Origin: Candidatus Moanibacter sp.
Lineage (GTDB): Bacteria; Verrucomicrobiota; Verrucomicrobiia; Opitutales; UBA2987
Reading direction: 5' to 3'
Assembly: GCA_965215885.1 (NCBI GenBank)
Contig: CBDCEW010000097.1
Coordinates: 64,001 to 128,000, forward strand
Length of the DNA: 64,000 nucleotides
A program made the position numbers and the translations under genes. The notes under the pieces are model-generated. The model was not told the origin of the DNA. It ran no database searches and was given only the letters and a program-made list of their open reading frames with translations. Positions 42,855 through 52,925 of the stretch are shown piece by piece (positions within the stretch are counted from its first letter, which is position 1; every line of letters begins with the position of its first letter).

Positions 42855-43862
42855 TTAATCGTTGGCCTGACCACTAAGATGAATAGTGAGGCCATCGTCG
42901 ATCGTTCCGAAAGCGGGGACATCGATATCCGTTACGGTCGGGATAGGCGGAATACCGGAAATCACGTAGGGTTCACTCCCACCAAACATTCCAATGTCAT
43001 CGCCATTCTCTCCCGTACCGTCAGCGGGACCGGCCGGTAATAATTGAAAACCACCATCCGGACTTTCTGAATCGACGAAAACAGTCGTCATATCCACGTT
43101 AGACTGGTTTCCGTTCACCGTACCAAATTCTTCGCCCGACCCAATGTTGAAACGCAAGACTACGCCTAGATTATCAAAAAAAGTAGCTGTAGCTGATCCT
43201 GTTGCCCCAGTTGTGATGTTCTCCTCCACGACAGAATTGTAAACATCGATTACACCTCCCAAGACATTATTTCTGACCGTGTGCCCTCCACTTACCTCTG
43301 TGGTATTAAAGAAAATTGAGAATATGCTATTATTGATATAATTGTTGGAAATTAAGAGGATGTCAGACGCGAGATCTATATTGATTTGATTTACGTAATT
43401 CTGGGAAAGAATAGAATTCGGAGAAGCGGTTGCGCTGCCAACGATAAGAATATTACCAACCCGGCAACGATTGACGGTCACCGAGCCCGCATTTAAAACC
43501 ACATTCTGCACGACATGAATGCCAATCAGGAGGCTACCTTCAGCGCCTGATTCTACAGTGATGTTGTTTACCTGGGCAGAGAGGAGGTTAGCTTGCAGGC
43601 CGGGGTTCTCGGACAGAAAGTATCCCGGCCCGATCAATTTCAAGGGCCTATCAAGACTGGCATCTGGATAGACGGTAGCTGCGCCTTCAATCAGCAAGGT
43701 ATCTCCATCATTGACCGAAGCGGAGTCGATAGCTTCCTGGGGAAAATCGAAATCCGCTTCGCTCCCCAGTGTCGAATTTACACGCCAGACAGCTCCCAAA
43801 ACCATCGAGCATGTAATCGTCAGTCCTAAAGAGAGGGTCAGAATATGGTATTTCATGTTCAA
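42855..43862 (-). CDS. Secreted beta-helix (pectin-lyase-like fold) protein
   Basis: Signal peptide, QEAID..GDTLLIEG, LIGPGYFL, Asn-rich stacks, DIGMFGG..PY..SGIPPIP. Confidence 0.72.
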   Translation of the reverse strand: MNMKYHILTLSLGLTITCSMVLGAVWRVNSTLGSEADFDFPQEAIDSASVNDGDTLLIEGAATVYPDASLDRPLKLIGPGYFLSENPGLQANLLSAQVNNITVESGAEGSLLIGIHVVQNVVLNAGSVTVNRCRVGNILIVGSATASPNSILSQNYVNQINIDLASDILLISNNYINNSIFSIFFNTTEVSGGHTVRNNVLGGVIDVYNSVVEENITTGATGSATATFFDNLGVVLRFNIGSGEEFGTVNGNQSNVDMTTVFVDSESPDGGFQLLPAGPADGTGENGDDIGMFGGSEPYVISGIPPIPTVTDIDVPAFGTIDDGLTIHLSGQAND

Positions 43863-43908
43863 TTTTGTATTTTCCTGATTCTATTCTCTATTATAACACA
43901 TTTTCACA

Positions 43909-45227
43909 CACTACTGTCCGGTTGTTTTTCTAGGAACGCAGGTTAATCGATTGATAACCAACATTTTACATATGATTTCTGCTGTTTTCGACTTGAAATT
44001 GCAAAAAGCCTTGTGGACTCTCAAAAATTTCGAGGGTCCAAATCATGTATACAGGTCGATTCGTTTTTTCTCAAATCATAGATTATCTTCCGCGCCATCA
44101 GTTCCATCGTTGCGTCCAACGCTACGGAGGCGACTACAAAGTTCAAAAGTTCAGTTGCTTCGAACAATTTCTCTGCATGGGTTTTGCCGAGTTGACCTAC
44201 CGGGAGAGTCTGCGCGACATCGAAACCTGCCTGCGGGCAGTACAACCAAAACTATACCACGCAGGGATTCGAAGCGGAGTATCCAAAAGCACGCTCGCCG
44301 ATGCCAACGAGAAACGAGACTGGCGCAGCTACGCCGACTTTGCACAGGTCCTCATCGCAATGGCTCGTCCTTTGTATTCAAACGAGGATCTGGGCATCGA
44401 CCTGGACAATACGCTCTACGCTCTGGACTCCACCACGATCGATCTATGTCTATCACTCTTCCCGTGGGCACGTTTCCGCAAGCACAAGGGGGCGGTGAAG
44501 GTCCATACGCTTCTCGATCTCAGAGGCTCTATCCCTTATTTTATCGAGATTACCGATGGAAAAGTTCACGACGTAAACATTCTGGATCTCATCATCCCCG
44601 AGGCCGGTGCTTACTATGTAATGGACCGAGCCTATCTGCATTACGAGCGCCTCTATCGGATCGCACAATGCGGTTCTTTCTTCGTCACACGCGCCCGCCG
44701 CGGCTTTCAGTTTCGCCGCCTCTACTCTCAAAAGGTCGACAAATCAACCGGTCTGCGTTCGGACCAGACCGTTGCCCTGGTCAGCTTCTATCCTGCCAAG
44801 GCCTACCCCGAAAGACTCCGGCGTATCACTTACCTCGACCCCGACAGTTCCGAGCGCTTCGTGTTTCTCACCAACCAGTTTGCCCTCCCAGCCATAATCA
44901 TCACCCAGATTTACCGTTTACGCTGGCAGATCGAATTGTTCTTCAAATGGATCAAACAGCACTTGCGCATCAAGAGCTTTTTCGGCACCTCCGAGAATGC
45001 TGTGAAGACTCAAATCTGGATTGCCGTCAGCGTCTATGTGCTCATCGCCATCATCCGCAAACGCCTTCGCCTGGAGATCAGTTTGCACAAAATCCTACAG
45101 ATTCTCAGCTTCACCCTATTTGAGAAAACTCCTATGACTGAACTACTTACAGAAACCGATTACACTTTCAATGAACACCGCATTCCTAAACAGTTGGAGT
45201 TGTTTGACTTATAACCGGACAGTACTG
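43909..45227 (+). mobile_element. Intact IS4-family element
   Basis: IRs cactactgtccggtt / aaccggacagtactg; 9-bp TSD ATTTTCACA. Confidence 0.92.
44045..45214 (+). CDS. IS4 family transposase (DUF4372-type N-terminus)
   Basis: LDSTTI, MDRAY, YRLRWQIELFFKWIKQ (YREK). Confidence 0.93.
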   Translation: MYTGRFVFSQIIDYLPRHQFHRCVQRYGGDYKVQKFSCFEQFLCMGFAELTYRESLRDIETCLRAVQPKLYHAGIRSGVSKSTLADANEKRDWRSYADFAQVLIAMARPLYSNEDLGIDLDNTLYALDSTTIDLCLSLFPWARFRKHKGAVKVHTLLDLRGSIPYFIEITDGKVHDVNILDLIIPEAGAYYVMDRAYLHYERLYRIAQCGSFFVTRARRGFQFRRLYSQKVDKSTGLRSDQTVALVSFYPAKAYPERLRRITYLDPDSSERFVFLTNQFALPAIIITQIYRLRWQIELFFKWIKQHLRIKSFFGTSENAVKTQIWIAVSVYVLIAIIRKRLRLEISLHKILQILSFTLFEKTPMTELLTETDYTFNEHRIPKQLELFDL

Positions 45228-45475
45228 ATTTTCACACTGTTGAAAACAACCAATCGGCCCTGTTCCTTTTCAGATAGCCGCCGGGACGAAGACTCTGCTG
45301 TACGGCAGTGCCGCCAAGAACGCAAAGATTGGGAGAGACCATTCGGCGGATATTCTGACTCTCTATCATCCCTCAGCGCGCGCCTCGCGCGCTGCTCAGA
45401 TTTTGGCATCGCCAAAATCTGGCGGAGAGGGCGGGATTGACTCGCTCGCGCTCGGGGTTTCGCCCCAAACCTTCG

Positions 45476-45866
45476 GGGACGCGTGCGGTCCGACTGCGAA
45501 GTGTTTGATTTCTTTACTGCTCTGCAGGCCATACTATTCGTTTTCGCTGAACGGAATCGATCCCGGCGAACACCACGTCACGGGGCAGTCCCGCTAGCGG
45601 GTCGGAGTCGTCGGACCACGTCAGGTCCCGCTGAGCGGGATCGGCCTCGCCGAAGCAAAGACAGACCTGTCACGGCGAAGCAGAAGCGAAGACGGGTCGC
45701 TACCTTCAGTCCTTGGCTTGCGATCCCTCAAATTGGAATTTCAGACACCTCAAAGCCACTTTCAAATTAAACAACTCGCAATCTGACCTCATGAACTCCG
45801 GGACAGGATTAAAAGCATTAGGTCGTCCAGAATACTGGCGAGAATCCAACACTTCGCAGTCTGACT
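45476..45866. repeat. About 390-bp repeat (copy B)
   Basis: Direct repeat of 40469-40862; its right end is the IS4 insertion point. Confidence 0.85.
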
Positions 45867-45867
45867 G

Positions 45868-47440
45868 GAATGGCGCTAAGATAAGCCCGATTAACGACGA
45901 TTTTTGCCTTTGTTTCTGCGCGAGCGCGAGACTTTCATTTTCCCTCGCGGCTTCGTTAGTAATTGGTAAGGTTTCGGTCTTCGTTTGACCGCTCGTGGTT
46001 CGCTGCGGTGTTCTCGTAGTGGAACAGTCTCCTCGGCAATAATCAGAACCATCTCGTCAATGATGCGTTGTTGCTTTCGAGGTTGCTTGCGGGTGGCGTT
46101 CAGAGCGGTGCAGTACTGCCGAACGGTGTCGACCGTGCTCTTGAAGCTGAGCCGATGCAGGTCACGCTGATAGAGGGTGGCGGCGTGTTGCATGAGGGCG
46201 CGGATGAGATTATAGGCGATAAAGAACAGCTGGATTTCCTTATGCACCATTTCGGGAGTAAGGCAGCGTACCGTTTCCATCTTCATAGTCGTTTTAATGT
46301 CGCGAAAAAACAGTTCCACTGACCAGCGGCGGAAGTAGAGATCGGCCAGATCCTCTACGGTGTATTGGAGGGGGTCGGTAAAGGTGGTCACAAGATCGAT
46401 CTTTCGGGTCCGGAATCCTTTGATCTGAACGAAGAAACGCACCATTCGCAGAGTCAGTTCGGCCGGTAATTGAGCCCATTCTTCCGGGCTGAACCCGTGC
46501 TGTCTCTGCGGTTTTTTCCAGGTCACCAGCCGATCGTATCGGCCCAGTGTTTGGCCGCTACGGAAGTCGCATTTGTGCCTTTGGTGCAGGCGCATGACCG
46601 CGTCCATTTGATGGTTTAGAAGCAGCCCCAGATTGGCATAAGAGCAATAACCGCGGTCGCACAGAACCACCTCTGCTTTTTTCAAATACCCAACGAATTT
46701 GCGCAAAATGCCGCTTTCATGGTTTTTTAAGGTGGTCTCGACACAGTGCAGCAAGGCCCCGCTGGCCAAACAGAAACAGCCCACCAGAAGCATGACGGGA
46801 AATCCGCACCCCTCTTTCTGCCCCCCGGGTTGGGGAAAGGCCCTCTGGTTCTGCTCGGTATCGGGCATACTGATCCCAGTACCGTCTATCACTCTGACCT
46901 CGTGCCCCTTCCACCGCTGCGCTTGCCTTACCTCCTTGTGTATCTGCTCGCTGACCTCTTCACCGATCTTTTGTAAGTCCTCTATACCTATGCGCTGACG
47001 TGCCTGGCAATAGGCCGAGGTGGAGGAACTGGGCAGGTTCAACTCCCGCTCACTACAGTAGCTCTGCACCTTTCTGACGACCTCCCGGCAGGCTGTCTGC
47101 GGGGAGAGCACCTGGAACAGAAAGCCCCAGAAGGTCGTTCTGAGTGAGTAGACTCGTTCCCGGCTGTTTTCTTTTTCGCTCTTGGGTTGCAAAACTCCCA
47201 GAGGAATCCACCGATCAAACAGATCCGACAACTCCGATAGAGTTGACTCTCTTAGATGAGCCAGTTTTTGCTTTAATTGTGCCAGGGCCGACTTAGGCGG
47301 GCGACCGCATAGAATGTGATTAAACCCAGGCAGGAATCTTGTCATATTTTTCATACAACAAGATTAGCCTACTAACGGTCATAGTACAAGCTTTTTTGCA
47401 TATTTTTTACAATTATTTTTGGCTTATCTTAGCGCCATTC
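45868..47440 (-). mobile_element. IS4-family element (copy 2, intact ORF)
   Basis: Same IRs as copy 1; flanks cagtctgactg and gggtcagagcg do not form a TSD pair. Confidence 0.9.
45891..47354 (-). CDS. IS4 family transposase
   Basis: IDGT, CDRGY, YFRRWSVELFFRDIK. Confidence 0.93.
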   Translation of the reverse strand: MKNMTRFLPGFNHILCGRPPKSALAQLKQKLAHLRESTLSELSDLFDRWIPLGVLQPKSEKENSRERVYSLRTTFWGFLFQVLSPQTACREVVRKVQSYCSERELNLPSSSTSAYCQARQRIGIEDLQKIGEEVSEQIHKEVRQAQRWKGHEVRVIDGTGISMPDTEQNQRAFPQPGGQKEGCGFPVMLLVGCFCLASGALLHCVETTLKNHESGILRKFVGYLKKAEVVLCDRGYCSYANLGLLLNHQMDAVMRLHQRHKCDFRSGQTLGRYDRLVTWKKPQRQHGFSPEEWAQLPAELTLRMVRFFVQIKGFRTRKIDLVTTFTDPLQYTVEDLADLYFRRWSVELFFRDIKTTMKMETVRCLTPEMVHKEIQLFFIAYNLIRALMQHAATLYQRDLHRLSFKSTVDTVRQYCTALNATRKQPRKQQRIIDEMVLIIAEETVPLREHRSEPRAVKRRPKPYQLLTKPRGKMKVSRSRRNKGKNRR

Positions 47441-47456
47441 GGGTCAGAGCGTCAAT

Positions 47457-47589
47457 TTAGATTCTGCTGAAAAAGTCGTCTTTTCCTAATCCGCTACCAC
47501 GTTCTTGCGAACGCGGCTACAAATATCAACGACTTACGGAGCACAGTAGCCGCCTTCGCAAGAACGTGGGGGTTTTCAGCAGAATCTAA
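47457..47589. mobile_element. MITE enclosing a GTAG-type REP doublet
   Basis: IRs ttagattctgctgaaaa / ttttcagcagaatctaa; inner ccacgttcttgcgaacgcggctac / gtagccgccttcgcaagaacgtgg. Confidence 0.7.
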
Positions 47590-47590
47590 T

Positions 47591-48607
47591 CTATTCTATT
47601 AGACGCCCGAGTTTAACGAATCGCCCCAGAATACGTCCCTCAAATCGGTTTACCATTTTAACGGTGTCACGGTGTTCCGACTCGTCAGCCATGAACTGAA
47701 CGCGATCGATGCCATATTCGCGCAGATTGGTGAGAGAATCGTACCTCAGGTAAATGTTCGCCCATCCGCCGCGCAGTTTTGGCGCCACAGCAAACCCATC
47801 GCTAATCTTGATGCCGGATTTTGTTCGCCCCAGTTGAACACCGGAGACTTCATTACCGACTAGGAGGACTGACGAGACTCTATTTTCGAACGCCCCTTCC
47901 CTTTGTCCTAATCGGCCCCGAAAATCATGGATCGACCAGCCCAGGTTACTTAATACGAATTTTTGCAGGACGTTCGGCGACACTTCGCTGAGAGAGACGA
48001 TCCGCGCCTCTGAGGGTATTTTCCCTCTTTCCTTCAATCGCCGAAATAGTGGTTCCAGAACGGCACTTATCTTGTCAACCAGTATCTCGTAAGAGGTCAG
48101 GCGAACCTTTTCCCGGTCGAATCCGTGGCTGCGTAGAAACTGCTCAAAATGACTCCCCTCGGCGACCAGATTTTCCGTCACGAGCTCCCGAACACGCCCC
48201 TTTCTAGCGGAAACGACAAGCCGCTCGATAAGATTTGGATCCACATCAGGATACCCGTCCAGGGCAACCGCTCGAAACAGGAACTCCGCCACTCTCTTTT
48301 TGTTGAATCCGGGCATCTTCCACAACGCAATCAGGGCGATCAGTTGCTCAGTCTCTTCCACGACCGCTAAGTGCAGCCTGGGTCTCCTGTTCTGTTGGAA
48401 CGCCCTAGGAACGATCCTGCAAAATTCGGGTGTCTCAGACTTCGCGGGACTGAACTGAAGATATTTAACCACCATTCCCATAAATTCCACTCTATCTGCG
48501 CTGTCCGCAAAAGCCGGTCTCTTGCCAGTTTTTTCAAGATAGTCTTCGATCTGGCCTCTGCCAAGATTAACATTTGACTGCTCAAAAGGTGAATTCGTGG
48601 ACCGCAA
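47591..48607 (-). CDS. Hypothetical protein, probable tandem GNAT-like fold (start uncertain)
   Basis: FAVAPKLRGGW resembles acetyl-CoA motif A; FLRSHGF. Confidence 0.55.
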   Translation of the reverse strand: MRSTNSPFEQSNVNLGRGQIEDYLEKTGKRPAFADSADRVEFMGMVVKYLQFSPAKSETPEFCRIVPRAFQQNRRPRLHLAVVEETEQLIALIALWKMPGFNKKRVAEFLFRAVALDGYPDVDPNLIERLVVSARKGRVRELVTENLVAEGSHFEQFLRSHGFDREKVRLTSYEILVDKISAVLEPLFRRLKERGKIPSEARIVSLSEVSPNVLQKFVLSNLGWSIHDFRGRLGQREGAFENRVSSVLLVGNEVSGVQLGRTKSGIKISDGFAVAPKLRGGWANIYLRYDSLTNLREYGIDRVQFMADESEHRDTVKMVNRFEGRILGRFVKLGRLIE

Positions 48608-48819
48608 TTCCGGTAAGTCAGATCGATCCCAAAAAAAATCTCGGTTCTTCAGAGATAAGTGTTGCCTAAATCTGGAAAGGCTAATTCTTTACACGCCCGT
48701 GGGCCGCCTATCCTCGAAGCCAAAAACCCGATCAAAGTTCTCTCTGCCCGCAAAGTCGATGCTGGCAAGCGCCCGGAAATCCGTTCCAGAGGTGCCGCAT
48801 CGCATGTGATGAACGTGAA

Positions 48820-49926
48820 ATGAAACTGCCGGGGTTTATCGACATACACGTTCATATTCGCGAACCTGGAGCGACGCATAAGGAAGACTGGGAGAGCGGG
48901 ACCGCAGCGGCCTTGGCGGGGGGATTCACTGCCGTGCTGGCAATGCCCAATACCCAACCGCCGATCATGGACGATGAGTCCTTGATGCTCTCCCTGAACG
49001 CGGCGGGCGCGAAGGCCCATTGTGACTACGCACAGTACATAGGCGCGGGCGTGAAGAACGCTGAGTCACTCGCCGATTTCTCTTCAGAAGTGGCGGGCCT
49101 GAAGATGTACCTGAATGACACATTCGGAGATCTTCGCATCGATGATATGTCGATCTGGATGGACCACTTCGCGCATGCTCCGCAATCCATGCCGATTGTC
49201 GCACACGCCGAGGGAGAGACTGCCGCCGCATTCATTCTCCTCGCCGAGCTTTACGATCGCCCTGTTCATGTCGCCCATGTCTCGCGCCGGGAGGAAATCG
49301 AGTTGATTCGTAAAGCGAAGGAGCGGGGAATTAAGGTCACGTGTGAAGTAACCCCGCATCATCTCTTTCTGACAAGTGAGGATATCCCGCGTTTGGGTCA
49401 GGGCCGATCTGAAGTCCGCCCCCGACTGGCGAGTCGGGATGACCAGAAGGCCCTGTGGGAAAACCTCGACGTAATCGACTGCTTTGCAACAGATCATGCC
49501 CCGCATACTGTGCAGGAAAAAGACAGCGCCGAGCCGCCGCCCGGTTTCCCAGGCCTCGAAACCATTCTTCCCCTGCTACTCACCGCCGTGCACGACGGAC
49601 GCCTGACAATCGAGGACATTGTCGATCGGCTTTACACGAATCCTCGACGGATATTCGATCTGCCTGAACAACCTGAGACCTGGGTTGAAGTGGATCCCAA
49701 CAGGCGGTGGACAATACGAGCGACCGACCTTCGATCGCGTTGTGGTTGGACACCGTTTGAAGGGTGGGAAGTAACCGGTCGTGCGCAGAGAGTGGTGATC
49801 CGCGGCCGCTACGCCTATAGAGACGGCACTATTATAGCACAGCCCGGAACCGGGAGAAATCTTAGAAGCTTTGAACATGAGAATACACAATCGACAGCAA
49901 TAAATGAAAGGAGTATGACTATATGA
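48820..49926 (+). CDS. pyrC: Dihydroorotase (CAD-like)
   Basis: [43 protein letters not shown]. Confidence 0.92.
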   Translation: MKLPGFIDIHVHIREPGATHKEDWESGTAAALAGGFTAVLAMPNTQPPIMDDESLMLSLNAAGAKAHCDYAQYIGAGVKNAESLADFSSEVAGLKMYLNDTFGDLRIDDMSIWMDHFAHAPQSMPIVAHAEGETAAAFILLAELYDRPVHVAHVSRREEIELIRKAKERGIKVTCEVTPHHLFLTSEDIPRLGQGRSEVRPRLASRDDQKALWENLDVIDCFATDHAPHTVQEKDSAEPPPGFPGLETILPLLLTAVHDGRLTIEDIVDRLYTNPRRIFDLPEQPETWVEVDPNRRWTIRATDLRSRCGWTPFEGWEVTGRAQRVVIRGRYAYRDGTIIAQPGTGRNLRSFEHENTQSTAINERSMTI

Positions 49927-50915
49927 TAACCTACGCCCCACCCGTGCGTGAGACCAGTCCACATATCCCATTCGGCGACCGCCAGGACGCCCTCTTTTAC
50001 GGAAAGGACATCCTTTCCGTAAAACAGTTCGATCGGGCCGACCTAAACTATATATTCGGCGTCGCACACGAGATGCGCGAGATGGTGACCCGAGTCGGAT
50101 CATTCGATCTGCTGAAGGGAAAAATCCTCGCGAATCTCTTCTATGAACCCTCGACACGGACATCGTCCTCGTTTATTTCTGCTATGGAACGCCTTGGCGG
50201 AAGCGTGATTTCGATCAACGAAGTCACTTATTCTTCGGTGGCGAAAGGCGAATCCCTTCCAGACACGATACGAACGCTCGAGTGTTACGCCGACGTAATT
50301 GTATTGCGCCATCCGGAGTTGGGCGCCTCAGCGATGGCTGCCCAGTACGCGCGCAAACCGATCATCAACGCCGGCGACGGTGTGGGCGAGCACCCGACAC
50401 AGGCCTTGCTCGATTTGTTTACGATCGTGGAGGAATTGCAAGAGGTCGACAGTCTTACTGTCACAATGCTCGGCGACCTCAAGTATGGGCGCACCGTGCA
50501 TTCTCTTGCCCGTCTGCTCGCGCTCTATAATGTAAAGATAAACTTCGTTTCACCGGACATCCTCGCGATCCCTTCTGAAATTGTAGGGGAGCTCAGAGCG
50601 GGTGAAATTGAGGTGGCCCAATACTCCGATTTAGCGGACGTTCTTTCAGAGACGGACGTCTTGTACGTAACACGGGTTCAAAAGGAACGCTTCGAGAACC
50701 CGGAGGAATACGAACTCGTTAAAGGCGTCTATCACATCACGCCGGAAACAATGACCGCTGCCAAGGATCGCATGGTCGTCATGCATCCCCTTCCGAGGGT
50801 CGGCGAAATCAGCATGGAAGTGGATGCGGACCCCCGGGCGGCCTATTTTCGACAGATGGAATACGGCCAGTATGTCCGCATGGCGCTCCTTGCGCTGGTT
50901 CTAGGCAAAGCATAA
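49923..50915 (+). CDS. pyrB: Aspartate carbamoyltransferase
   Basis: [30 protein letters not shown]. Confidence 0.95.
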   Translation: MITYAPPVRETSPHIPFGDRQDALFYGKDILSVKQFDRADLNYIFGVAHEMREMVTRVGSFDLLKGKILANLFYEPSTRTSSSFISAMERLGGSVISINEVTYSSVAKGESLPDTIRTLECYADVIVLRHPELGASAMAAQYARKPIINAGDGVGEHPTQALLDLFTIVEELQEVDSLTVTMLGDLKYGRTVHSLARLLALYNVKINFVSPDILAIPSEIVGELRAGEIEVAQYSDLADVLSETDVLYVTRVQKERFENPEEYELVKGVYHITPETMTAAKDRMVVMHPLPRVGEISMEVDADPRAAYFRQMEYGQYVRMALLALVLGKA

Positions 50916-50988
50916 ATCAACCAATCGTCATTGCGAGGAAGAATGACGAAGCAATCCAGCACTCGGACGAAACCGTATCAAAATAGCT

Positions 50989-51151
50989 CTAGCCCGAACA
51001 TTTCACAAATCTTCTACTACGATCCCGGCAAGCCGGGACGACCTCAGAGGGTCCTAACACGCTGTTCCCGGCTTGCAGGGACTTCGGAAAGGCTTTGGCA
51101 CGCAGCCATCTACGCCGTCTCGCTACGAAGTGTGTGAAATGTCCGGGCTAG
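50989..51151. mobile_element. MITE (copy 2 of the 3572-3753 family)
   Basis: Same CTAG-bounded IRs and shared internal cgacctcagagggt..aacacgctgt. Confidence 0.8.
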
Positions 51152-51215
51152 CAGCCTGTCGGACTTTATGCTTCTTTCGAAAGAGTCACTCGGTTTTACT
51201 CCGACAGGCTGCTAG
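51148..51215. mobile_element. Short MITE sharing a CTAG with the preceding one
   Basis: ctagcagcctgtcgga ... tccgacaggctgctag. Confidence 0.75.
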
Positions 51216-51391
51216 AAACAAGAAAATGAACCTGAGATTTGAGGGAAGGAGGATGAATTGTTGAATAGCGGTTTCGCTATGGGCCATTTTGACACAATCA
51301 ACCCGAATGCCACAATCTGTCACCATCAGATTCGAAGTCGACGATGGAAAAAACATGACATTGCGTTTCAAATCTCAGGTTCATTTTCTTT

Positions 51392-51491
51392 CAAGGAATC
51401 TGTCGGTCTGATCAAGATAGGAATGTCGATCCTTCACCATGGAATCTACCCCACGAGAAAGTTAGGAATTCAAAGTCCGACAGATTCCTAG
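51392..51491. mobile_element. Third MITE, upstream of pyrF-pyrE
   Basis: aggaatctgtcgg ... ccgacagattcctag. Confidence 0.65.
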
Positions 51492-51500
51492 GTCGTTTTC

Positions 51501-52925
51501 GTGCCATCATTCATCACAGTCCTGGAAGAACGCGTGCGGAATGCAGGTTCCTTACTATGCATAGGGTTAGACCCCCACCCGACCGATCTTCCCACCAGAA
51601 CAGCGACGGCAGCCCTGGAATTCTGCCTGCGATTAATCGAAGCAACGGCGGAGTGTGCCGCGGCTTTTAAGCCAAACATCGCATTCTTTGAGGCTTTCGG
51701 TCCGGAAGGCATCGACGCCCTGCGACAGGTGATCGCAGCGGTACCGGACGAGATCCCAGTAATTCTAGACGCGAAGCGCGGCGACATCGCCAGCACCGCC
51801 AACGCCTACGCAGAGGCCGTATTTCAGACGCTTGGCGCGGATGCAGTAACCGTGAGTCCGTTTCTCGGACACGACAGTGTCGAACCATTTCTCAAAGACC
51901 CCGGTCGTGGCGTGTTTCTCCTTTGTAAGACTTCAAATCCTGGTGCCACGGATATCCAGGACCTGGATGTCTCCCTCGGAGCTGAAGAAGCGTCTATACC
52001 ACTGTATGAACACATCGCCAGACTCGCTCAGAGTTGGAATCGCAACAACAACCTTGGCCTCGTAGTCGGAGCCACCCAACCTGAATCGCTCGTAAATGTG
52101 CGTCGAGCGGCGCCGGATCTCTGGATTTTGGCCCCCGGTGTTGGCGCACAAGGGGGCGACCTGGAGACATCACTGGTTTCCGGCTTGCGGTCCGATGGCA
52201 TGGGCGTGCTCGTAAACGTGTCTCGCAGCATCTCACGGGCAGAAGATCCGGGCCGTGCTGCAGCGGAACTTAGGGATTCGATCAACCAGGTGCGGGATAG
52301 AGGAATAGAGAGCATCTCGAAGCCCGCACCCGGAGAAAACTCGGGCACCGTCCCCGATGCGCTCCTCGAAGCCGGTTGCATCAAGTTTGGCCACTTCACC
52401 TTGAAGTCCGGCAGGCAATCGCCATTCTATATCGACCTTCGGCTTTTGGCGTCGCATCCGGAATTGCTCAATCGAGTTGCCTCCGCTTATCTTCCGATTC
52501 TGCGCCGCCTGAGATTTGACCGCATCGCAGCCCTGCCTTACGCAGGCATGCCCATAGGCACGGCCATAAGTTTGCAGGGCTGTTGGCCTATGATATACCC
52601 TCGCAAGGAAACGAAATCTTATGGCACGGCCGCCCAAATCGAAGGTGAATATTCACCCGGCGAGCGGGTTGCCGTGATCGATGACCTCACCACAACCGGT
52701 GGTAGTAAGCTGGAAGCGATTGAAAAACTGACCTCCGCGGACCTCCAGGTAGAAGACATCGTGGTGTTGATCGACCGGCAGTCCGGCGCCAGAGAATCGC
52801 TCGCCGCCGCCGGATGCCGGCTCCATGCCGTATTCACCCTCACGGAAATGCTGGACGGCTGGGAGCAGAGCGGAAGGCTGCCCATTGAGCAGATCGATAA
52901 GGCCCGAGCTTTTCTGAAAGATTGA
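51501..52925 (+). CDS. pyrF: Fused OMP decarboxylase / orotate phosphoribosyltransferase (PyrF-PyrE)
   Basis: N-terminal DAKRGDI, KTSNPG, PGVGAQGG; C-terminal LKSG.QSPFYIDLR, RKETK, VIDDLTTTGGS. Confidence 0.9.
   Translation: MPSFITVLEERVRNAGSLLCIGLDPHPTDLPTRTATAALEFCLRLIEATAECAAAFKPNIAFFEAFGPEGIDALRQVIAAVPDEIPVILDAKRGDIASTANAYAEAVFQTLGADAVTVSPFLGHDSVEPFLKDPGRGVFLLCKTSNPGATDIQDLDVSLGAEEASIPLYEHIARLAQSWNRNNNLGLVVGATQPESLVNVRRAAPDLWILAPGVGAQGGDLETSLVSGLRSDGMGVLVNVSRSISRAEDPGRAAAELRDSINQVRDRGIESISKPAPGENSGTVPDALLEAGCIKFGHFTLKSGRQSPFYIDLRLLASHPELLNRVASAYLPILRRLRFDRIAALPYAGMPIGTAISLQGCWPMIYPRKETKSYGTAAQIEGEYSPGERVAVIDDLTTTGGSKLEAIEKLTSADLQVEDIVVLIDRQSGARESLAAAGCRLHAVFTLTEMLDGWEQSGRLPIEQIDKARAFLKD

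Noticed and set aside
49900..49930. pyrC-pyrB as a frameshifted CAD-type fusion
   Set aside because: pyrB has its own AAGGAG RBS and an ATGA overlap typical of translational coupling
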